A DNA stretch of 32,000 bases from Dehalogenimonas formicexedens (lineage in GTDB: Bacteria; Chloroflexota; Dehalococcoidia; Dehalococcoidales; Dehalococcoidaceae), in contig NZ_CP018258.1 of the NCBI RefSeq assembly GCF_001953175.1, positions 368,210 to 400,209 of the forward strand, read 5' to 3'. A program made the position numbers and the translations under genes. Shown here in pieces: positions 26,136-32,000 of the stretch (positions are counted from its first letter, which is position 1; each line of letters opens with the position of its first letter). The notes below the pieces were generated by a model. That model was not told where the DNA came from and did not search any database. It saw only the letters and a list, made by a program, of their open reading frames with translations.

Positions 26136-26771
26136 TCAGGGGATATTGGCCGAATTGGGATACCCCTGGCTCTCCCAGTAGCCCAAGAATTCGGTATCCG
26201 ATGACACCTCGATGCGGGTCACCCACTTGGCCCACTTGTAACCGAACTTGGACATCGCCACCACCTGAAAAGGGAATCCGCGGTCGGGCGTAAGGGTGAT
26301 GTCATTGTCTTTCAGGGCGAGGATGATGTTGTTATCCAATATGTAGCTGAGATTGAGGGACGTATAGCCCGAGGGCACGTCAGTGGTGTGAAAGATGATG
26401 ATTTTTCCTTCGGATTGGATTCCGGCCGCATTAAGAATGTCGACAAGAGAAGGACCGGTCCATTTCGCGGTGAATTCCCAGCCTTCGACACAGTGAAGGT
26501 TCATCAATCGGGATACCTGCGGATAAGCCTCCAGGTCGGCGTAACTCAAACTCAAGGGATGGTCTACCAGGCCGTCCACGGTGAGAATGTATGAGGCCCG
26601 GTCAATGTACTGGGTGCCCTTCAGGGCGTTGTTGTTTTGGCCGCTTATGGGAGTCAATTTTGTCCCCTGGAATTCCCTGGCTTCCCCCGGAAGGTATTCT
26701 TTCGGAGCGCAGGATGAAAGGAAGAGCGACGCAACGGCCAGGCAGTAGATCAGCCAGAATCTTCTCAACAT
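26136..26771 (-). CDS. Small lipoprotein molybdopterin-dependent oxidoreductase (sulfite-oxidase-fold Mo domain)
   Basis: Signal peptide plus lipobox MLRRFWLIYCLAVASLFLSSC. HCVEGWEFTAKWTGPSLVDIL matches the Mo-ligand Cys block of the SUOX/YedY fold. Confidence 0.75.
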   Translation of the reverse strand: MLRRFWLIYCLAVASLFLSSCAPKEYLPGEAREFQGTKLTPISGQNNNALKGTQYIDRASYILTVDGLVDHPLSLSYADLEAYPQVSRLMNLHCVEGWEFTAKWTGPSLVDILNAAGIQSEGKIIIFHTTDVPSGYTSLNLSYILDNNIILALKDNDITLTPDRGFPFQVVAMSKFGYKWAKWVTRIEVSSDTEFLGYWESQGYPNSANIP

Positions 26772-26950
26772 GTGTCCCGATCTCTAAAAAATTTGGATTA
26801 TAGCCAATAAGATTATGCGCCGGGGTGAATAAAATTGGAATTCGTATCTTTACGGATTTCCTGAAAATTTAATACTATTTTAACGGGAGCTTTATTGGCC
26901 ATATGACTGTCCGCTGTGATTCTGGGGCTACCCTTGCTATCATTGAATGG

Positions 26951-27442
26951 ATGGTCCAACCGCTGAATTCAGACACCGCCAAAACCGCCCCGGATTTTGT
27001 GCTTAGAGATACCGCCGGGCGCGAGTTCGGGCTATCTGATTTCAAGAACAAGTCTCCCGTTGTCCTGGTGTTCAACCGGGGATTTTTCTGACCGTACTGC
27101 CGCAGGCACATGGCGCAGTTGCGCCAGCGGTACGGCGAATTCACCCGGCGCGGAGTCGAGGTGGTGGCCATCGGGCCTGAGAACCCGGCTCAATTCCAAA
27201 AATGGTGGAAGGAACACGACATGCCCTTCCGGGGGCTTGCCGACGGCCCGGAACACCGGGTAGCCGGGCTTTAAGCCCAACGGGTCAAGACCCTGATAGG
27301 ACGGATGCCGGCGGTGCTGATCGTCGATAAGCAAGGGCTGATCCGCTATTCCCATTACGGGGAGGCCACGAGCGATATTTCCTCGACCGATGAAGTCCTC
27401 TCCGTCATCGACCAGCTGGACCTGGAAAGCCCTGGGGCTTGA
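26951..27442 (+). pseudogene. Peroxiredoxin-like (AhpC/TSA, thioredoxin-fold) gene with UGA in a UxxC redox motif (27089-27091) and a second in-frame TAA (27272-27274)
   Basis: One frame reads …APDFVLRDTAGREFGLSDFKNKSPVVLVFNRGFF-TGA-PYCRRHMAQLRQRYGEFTRRGVEVVAIGPENPAQFQKWWKEHDMPFRGLADGPEHRVAGL-TAA-AQRVKTLIGRMPAVLIVDKQGLIRYSHYGEATSDISSTDEVLSVIDQL…. The start is uncertain: ATG at 26903 or 26951. Confidence 0.6.
27092..27135 (+). promoter_or_regulatory. Candidate bacterial SECIS element for the peroxiredoxin-like UGA
   Basis: Outer stem ccgtactgc (27092-27100) pairs with gcggtacgg (27127-27135), with one G-U pair. Inner hairpin is tggcgc-AGUU-gcgcca (27111-27126). The AGUU apical loop resembles the fdhA candidate. 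Confidence 0.4.
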
Positions 27443-28216
27443 TCAGGTGTCGAGGGCGTCTCTGACGCTGGAAACGAATTCTCCCAGCCGGTTCAGCGAG
27501 AAGTCCGCTTCGATCATCTGCAGCAGGCGGCTGCCGATGATGACGCCGTCAGCGAACTCGGCGATGGCCCTCGCCTGTGCCGGAGACGAAATGCCGAAAC
27601 CAACCGCCAGGGGATGGCGCGCTTCCCTCCTGACCGTGGCGGCGAACTGCGGCAAATACCCCGGGACTCCGTCGCGGGCGCCGGTTATCCCGGCCACCGA
27701 GGTCAGGTAAATGAACCCGCTTGATTTTTGGCATACCGCCGCGATGCGGTCAGCTGTGCTGGTCGGCGCCAGCAGAAACACCAGGTCGACTCCGCATGCC
27801 GCCGCCGCGGCTCCAAGTTCGCCTGACTCCTCGGGCGGCAGGTCGGGGATGATCAGGCCGTTGACGCCGGCTGACTGGCAGTCGCGGCAGAATCGCCCGA
27901 CGCCATAGCTCAGGACCGGGTTGTAGTAGCTCATGAAAACCAGGGGCAGGTCCGTTTCCTGGCGCAACCGCGCCGCCATCTCGAGGCAGGCGGCGGGGGT
28001 AATGCCGTTCATCAGCGCCCGGTGGCTGGCGGTCTGAATTACCTGGCCGTCACCGATGGGATCCGAGAAGGGAATGCCGAGTTCGATGATGTCGCAGCCG
28101 GCGTTTCCCAGGACCCTGGCGGCGCGGAGGGTCGTCTCGGGGTCGGGATAACCCACCGTCAGGTAGCCGATAAGCGTTTTTCGCCTACGGCTGAACTTGG
28201 AAGCAAGATGGCTCAT
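27443..28216 (-). CDS. trpA: Tryptophan synthase alpha chain
   Basis: …[13 protein letters not shown]…[20 protein letters not shown]…GFGIS…. Confidence 0.95.
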   Translation of the reverse strand: MSHLASKFSRRRKTLIGYLTVGYPDPETTLRAARVLGNAGCDIIELGIPFSDPIGDGQVIQTASHRALMNGITPAACLEMAARLRQETDLPLVFMSYYNPVLSYGVGRFCRDCQSAGVNGLIIPDLPPEESGELGAAAAACGVDLVFLLAPTSTADRIAAVCQKSSGFIYLTSVAGITGARDGVPGYLPQFAATVRREARHPLAVGFGISSPAQARAIAEFADGVIIGSRLLQMIEADFSLNRLGEFVSSVRDALDT

Positions 28217-29400
28217 TCCAGCGCTCCTAACGCGTTTATCACTATGTCCATGTCTTTATCGCCTCTGCCTGACAGGCAGACGAGGATGGTTTGCCTGTCA
28301 TCCATCGCCGGGGCAAGCTTCACCGCCTGGGCGATGGCATGGGAGGACTCCATGGCCGGCAGGATGCCCTCGGTCTCCGACAGTAGCCGGAACGCGGCCA
28401 GGGCTTCCGCGTCATCGACGGAAACATACTCTGCCCTGAGGCTGTCTTTCAAAAAGCTGTGTTCCGGCCCTACGCCCGGATAATCGAGTCCGGCGGAAAT
28501 GCTGTGGGTTTCGGCAACCTGGCCGTTTTCGTCTTGCATCAGGTACGATTTGGCCCCGTGGAGCACGCCCGGCCGCCCGGCGGAAAGGGTGGCGGCGTGC
28601 CTGCCGCTGGCCAACCCCGATCCCCCGGCCTCGACGCCGATGAGATTGACGGAAGCATCGCCGATGAAGGGATAAAACATGCCCATAGCGTTGCTGCCGC
28701 CGCCGACGCAGGCGATAACGCGGTCCGGCAGCCTGCTGGTTTGCGATACCATCTGGTCCCGGGACTCTCTCCCTATTACCGACTGGAAGTCCCTGACCAC
28801 CATCGGGTAGGGGTGGGGACCCACGACGGAACCGATAAGGTAATAGCTGTCCTCGGGGTGGCTCACCCAATCACGCATCGCTTCGTTGATCGCGTCCTTG
28901 AGCGTCCGCGACCCCGAAGCCACCGGCCGGACCTCGGCGCCCATGAGCCTCATCCGGAAAACGTTCAGCGCCTGGCGTTTGACGTCGTCTTCTCCCATGT
29001 AGACGACACATCGCAAGCCCAGCATGGCGCACACCGCCGCCGTGGCGACACCGTGCTGCCCGGCGCCGGTCTCGGCGATGATCCGCTTTTTATTCAGCCG
29101 TTTTGCCAAAAGCCCCTGGCCTAATGCGTTGTTGATCTTATGCGATCCGGTATGCGCCAGATCTTCACGCTTGAGATAGATCTTTGCTCCACCGAGGCGT
29201 CGTGACAGGTTTTTGGCGTAATACAGCGGCGTCTTCCGTCCGGCGTAATCGGCAAGCAAGGCATCGAGTTCGCTTCGAAATGACGGGTCGCTTTTCACCT
29301 GCTCGTAGCCCGCGGTGAGACCGGCCAGCGCCGGTACCAGGGTCTCCGGCACATAGCGCCCGCCGTAATCTCCAAAATAGCCTCGTTTATCGGGCAGCAT
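28213..29400 (-). CDS. trpB: Tryptophan synthase beta chain
   Basis: …[20 protein letters not shown]…[12 protein letters not shown]…GGGSNAMG…. Confidence 0.95.
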   Translation of the reverse strand: MLPDKRGYFGDYGGRYVPETLVPALAGLTAGYEQVKSDPSFRSELDALLADYAGRKTPLYYAKNLSRRLGGAKIYLKREDLAHTGSHKINNALGQGLLAKRLNKKRIIAETGAGQHGVATAAVCAMLGLRCVVYMGEDDVKRQALNVFRMRLMGAEVRPVASGSRTLKDAINEAMRDWVSHPEDSYYLIGSVVGPHPYPMVVRDFQSVIGRESRDQMVSQTSRLPDRVIACVGGGSNAMGMFYPFIGDASVNLIGVEAGGSGLASGRHAATLSAGRPGVLHGAKSYLMQDENGQVAETHSISAGLDYPGVGPEHSFLKDSLRAEYVSVDDAEALAAFRLLSETEGILPAMESSHAIAQAVKLAPAMDDRQTILVCLSGRGDKDMDIVINALGALE

Positions 29401-30052
29401 TTGTGACTCCTTTCAGTTTCGCGTCCGCCTGGCGTACGGCGCGGATAAAGGCCATGATTTTAGCCGGGTCTTTCCGGCCGTGGCTTTCCACGCCGCTGGA
29501 AACGTCCACGCCCCAGGGGTGATAACGTAAAATCAGTTCTTCGACATTTTCCGGGGTCAGACCTCCGGCGACCATGATTTTGAGCGCCGGGCTCAAGTTT
29601 TCAAGAATAGCCCAATCGAATTTTTGTCCCGACCCGCCGAATGATCCCGGGGAATGGCGGTCGATCAGGTGGATGTCGCGCGCGCCGGTCGCGGCGATGC
29701 GGCATTGGATCTCCTCGGCGGCGCTGGTTTGATCGATACGGGTTGCCCGGATGATCGGCCGCGTGATTCGCCCGCAATAATCTCCGTCCTCATCGCCGGA
29801 AAGCTGGATGACGTCCAGGTGACAAGCTTCAGCGGTATGGTTGACTTTACCGGCGGTCTCGTTCACGAAGACCCCGGCGATCTTCGGGCGTTTTGCCTGG
29901 GTTAGTATAGTGCGCGTAAGCTCAACGGCCTGTTCCGGAGTTATCCGCCTTCGGCTGTCGGCAAAAACCAGACCAATAAAATCCACACCCAACCGCATGC
30001 AGAGGGACGCGGTCTCCACGTCGGTTATGCCGCAGATCTTGATACGGGTCAT
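29387..30052 (-). CDS. trpF: Phosphoribosylanthranilate isomerase
   Basis: [15 protein letters not shown]…FIGLVF…SRR…QLSGDE…. Confidence 0.9.
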   Translation of the reverse strand: MTRIKICGITDVETASLCMRLGVDFIGLVFADSRRRITPEQAVELTRTILTQAKRPKIAGVFVNETAGKVNHTAEACHLDVIQLSGDEDGDYCGRITRPIIRATRIDQTSAAEEIQCRIAATGARDIHLIDRHSPGSFGGSGQKFDWAILENLSPALKIMVAGGLTPENVEELILRYHPWGVDVSSGVESHGRKDPAKIMAFIRAVRQADAKLKGVTNAAR

Positions 30053-30828
30053 CGCGCCAATTCCTTGAGCTTAAGGCTGATATCCGGCGCGGTCATCAGC
30101 GCTTCGCCGACAAGCGCCGCGTTCACGCCAAGCCGGTTGAGGTATTGGATGTCCTTGCCGCTCGAAATGCCGCTTTCGCTGACCACCAGCCTGTCGTTTG
30201 GAATAAAGGGGCGCAATCTGGCGGCTGTTTTCAGGTCCACTTTGAATGTTTTCAAGTCCCGGTTATTGATGCCTATGATCCCGGCGCCGCTTTCGAGAGC
30301 GGTTTGTATTTCGGGTTCATTGTGGCTCTCGACGAGGGCTTCCATTCCAAGCGAACGAGCCAGATCGAGTAATGAGGTGAGTGCCGACGGCGACAGGATT
30401 GCCACGATGAGAAGAATAGCATCCGCCCCCAAAACCCGGGATTCATATACCTGGTAGGGATCGATGATAAAGTCCTTGCGCAGTAACGGCGGCCGGTTGC
30501 CACCCAATTCGTTGGCGATTGTTTTCAGGTAATCGGGGCTGCCCTCGAAATACTTCTCTTCAGTCAATACCGAAACAGCCGCGGCGCCCGCTCCGGCGTA
30601 CTGGCGGGCGATCTTCAACGGTTCAAAATCAGCCTTGATCACGCCTCTGGATGGCGACGCTTTTTTTACCTCGGCGATGATTTTCACGGTGTTCCCTGAT
30701 AACGCTCCGGCGAAATCCAGCGGCGGGGGGCAACTCTCGGCCTGCCGGACGATTTCAGTCAACGGGATGCGGCGTTTTCGTTCGGTGAGAGCGGTTTTTG
30801 TCGCCGCCACAATCTCATCAAGCAGCAC
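30049..30828 (-). CDS. trpC: Indole-3-glycerol-phosphate synthase
   Basis: …IIAEVKKASPSRGVI…LLRKDFIIDPYQV…IGINNRDL…ESGI…. Confidence 0.95.
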   Translation of the reverse strand: MLLDEIVAATKTALTERKRRIPLTEIVRQAESCPPPLDFAGALSGNTVKIIAEVKKASPSRGVIKADFEPLKIARQYAGAGAAAVSVLTEEKYFEGSPDYLKTIANELGGNRPPLLRKDFIIDPYQVYESRVLGADAILLIVAILSPSALTSLLDLARSLGMEALVESHNEPEIQTALESGAGIIGINNRDLKTFKVDLKTAARLRPFIPNDRLVVSESGISSGKDIQYLNRLGVNAALVGEALMTAPDISLKLKELAR

Positions 30829-31843
30829 GGCGCATCTCCAGCATCTGGGTTACTTCGATGAATTTTTCCAGTTTAGCCAGCGCCTTGCCGCTGTCGATGG
30901 CATCCAATGCCAGATTCACTCCCTCGCCCAGCGTCTTGACCAAATTAGCCGCCAGCAGCGCCGCGGCGGCATTCAACCCGGCGGCGTCTCGAAAAGCCCC
31001 GGTCTCGCCCTGGAACATCCGCAGCATCGCCGCGGCGTTCCACCGGGCATCGCCGCCTTTGACGGCCTCCACGGAGTAACGCGGCAGTCCAAGGTCCTCG
31101 GGCGATACGGTGTAACGGTGCAGTTCGTCGTTGATCAATTCACAGATGTGGGTTTGCCCCGTAACGGTGAGCTCATCCAATCCCTCGCCGTGAACGACAA
31201 GAGCGTGGGTTCCGCCCAGCGCCCGCAATGTCGCCGCGATTTTGAGCATCAGGTCTTTATTGGGTACGCCTATCACCTGGGAGGACGCGCCGGCGGGATT
31301 GCACAGCGGCCCCAGCAGGTTGAATACGGTCCTGATGCCGATTTCCTTGCGCGGCGGCCCGGCGTGTTTCATCGCCGGGTGGAACACCGGGGCAAACATG
31401 AAGGCTACGCCAACCTTATCCAGGCACTCGGTTACTTCGTCCGGCAACAGGTTGATCCTGACGCCGAGCGCTTCCAGGACATCGGCGCTGCCGCATTTGG
31501 AGGACATGGCTCTGTTGCCGTGCTTGGCCACCCTTGCGCCGCAGGAGGCTGAAACGATAGCCGCGGCTGTCGATATATTGAGGGTGCCCGCCCCATCCCC
31601 GCCGGTACCGCAGGTATCGACAACCGGACCGCCTGAAGCAACGGGCAGGGCTTTAGCCCGCATTGTCCGGGCCAGGCCGACCATCTCATCGATGGTTTCT
31701 CCCTTGCACCGCAAGGCGGTGACAAAAGCGCCGAATTGGGCTGGAGTCGCCTGCCCGTCCATGATCTCCGCCATGACGGCGGAAGCCTCGTCGGCTGAAA
31801 GGGACTTTCCGGTCACCAGGGTTTCGATGGCTTCTTTGATCAT
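30818..31843 (-). CDS. trpD: Anthranilate phosphoribosyltransferase
   Basis: …[52 protein letters not shown]…. Confidence 0.95.
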   Translation of the reverse strand: MIKEAIETLVTGKSLSADEASAVMAEIMDGQATPAQFGAFVTALRCKGETIDEMVGLARTMRAKALPVASGGPVVDTCGTGGDGAGTLNISTAAAIVSASCGARVAKHGNRAMSSKCGSADVLEALGVRINLLPDEVTECLDKVGVAFMFAPVFHPAMKHAGPPRKEIGIRTVFNLLGPLCNPAGASSQVIGVPNKDLMLKIAATLRALGGTHALVVHGEGLDELTVTGQTHICELINDELHRYTVSPEDLGLPRYSVEAVKGGDARWNAAAMLRMFQGETGAFRDAAGLNAAAALLAANLVKTLGEGVNLALDAIDSGKALAKLEKFIEVTQMLEMRRAA

Positions 31844-32000
31844 CTTGAGTCTCCTTCAAGGAAGTTGCGCAGAATATCGGAACCGTGTTCCGACATGAAC
31901 GATTCAGGGTGGAACTGGACGCCCTGCGCCGGGTACTCCCGATGTTTCAGTCCCATGATCTCTCCGTCGTTCGTCCAGGCGGTTACTTCCAGGCAATCCG
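31840..32000 (-). CDS. trpG: Anthranilate synthase component II (glutamine amidotransferase), C-terminal part; the gene continues off-window
   Basis: My minus-strand translation reads …[49 protein letters not shown]. The stop overlaps the trpD ATG (ATGA). Confidence 0.85.
   Translation of the reverse strand, partial: DCLEVTAWTNDGEIMGLKHREYPAQGVQFHPESFMSEHGSDILRNFLEGDSR

Noticed and set aside
27440-27445. Back-to-back stop codons of the peroxiredoxin-like gene and trpA forming the palindrome TGATCA
   Set aside because: This is a simple consequence of convergent genes abutting each other. There is no evidence of a functional element.
28459-31898. Plus-strand ORFs opposite the trp operon: 28459-29124, 30635-31552, 31242-31898 and others
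   Set aside because: The minus-strand frames carry unmistakable TrpA, TrpB, TrpF, TrpC, TrpD and TrpG motifs. The plus-strand products are low-complexity.
1-32000. CRISPR arrays, rRNA or tRNA genes, insertion sequences, and toxin-antitoxin or restriction-type defence genes
   Set aside because: I found no spaced identical repeats, no cloverleaf-compatible T-arm or anticodon-arm patterns, and no transposase, integrase or nuclease motifs in any listed ORF.

Overview
This window looks like a chromosomal segment of an organohalide-respiring Dehalococcoidia, possibly Dehalogenimonas-like. That assignment is inferred from gene content only.

Gene content, left to right:
1. A frameshifted multicopper oxidase with Fn3-like tails (5' end off-window).
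2. A 1328-aa signal-peptide, C-terminally anchored repeat-rich surface protein.
3. A compact molybdenum-cofactor block (mobB, fdhD, a MOSC gene, moaC, moaA, moaB, moeA, mobA). It feeds into a three-gene TAT-exported molybdoenzyme operon: a formate-dehydrogenase-type catalytic subunit, a 4x[4Fe-4S] subunit and an NrfD-type membrane subunit. The catalytic gene is one reading frame containing an in-frame UGA at the canonical selenocysteine position.
4. A visibly AT-richer ~6.4 kb island (about 19.4-25.8 kb). It carries a BASS-type transporter with an in-frame TGA, a corrinoid-protein-like ORF translationally coupled to a soluble histidine kinase with a DUF1638-like plus PAS input region, an OmpR-type regulator, and a reductive dehalogenase rdhA with no rdhB.
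5. A molbindin (Mop) gene and a small lipoprotein molybdopterin oxidoreductase.
6. A peroxiredoxin-like gene with UGA in a UxxC redox motif plus a second in-frame TAA.
7. A tightly overlapping trpG-D-C-F-B-A operon on the minus strand.

I found no rRNA, tRNA, CRISPR array, transposase or integrase.

The most interesting candidate is the corrinoid-protein-like ORF, DUF1638-like/PAS kinase and response regulator sitting directly upstream of the orphan rdhA. Also worth a second look: two candidate selenoprotein genes that ORF callers split, an Asp-for-Cys substitution in the FS0 cluster motif of the catalytic subunit, and three interrupted genes.
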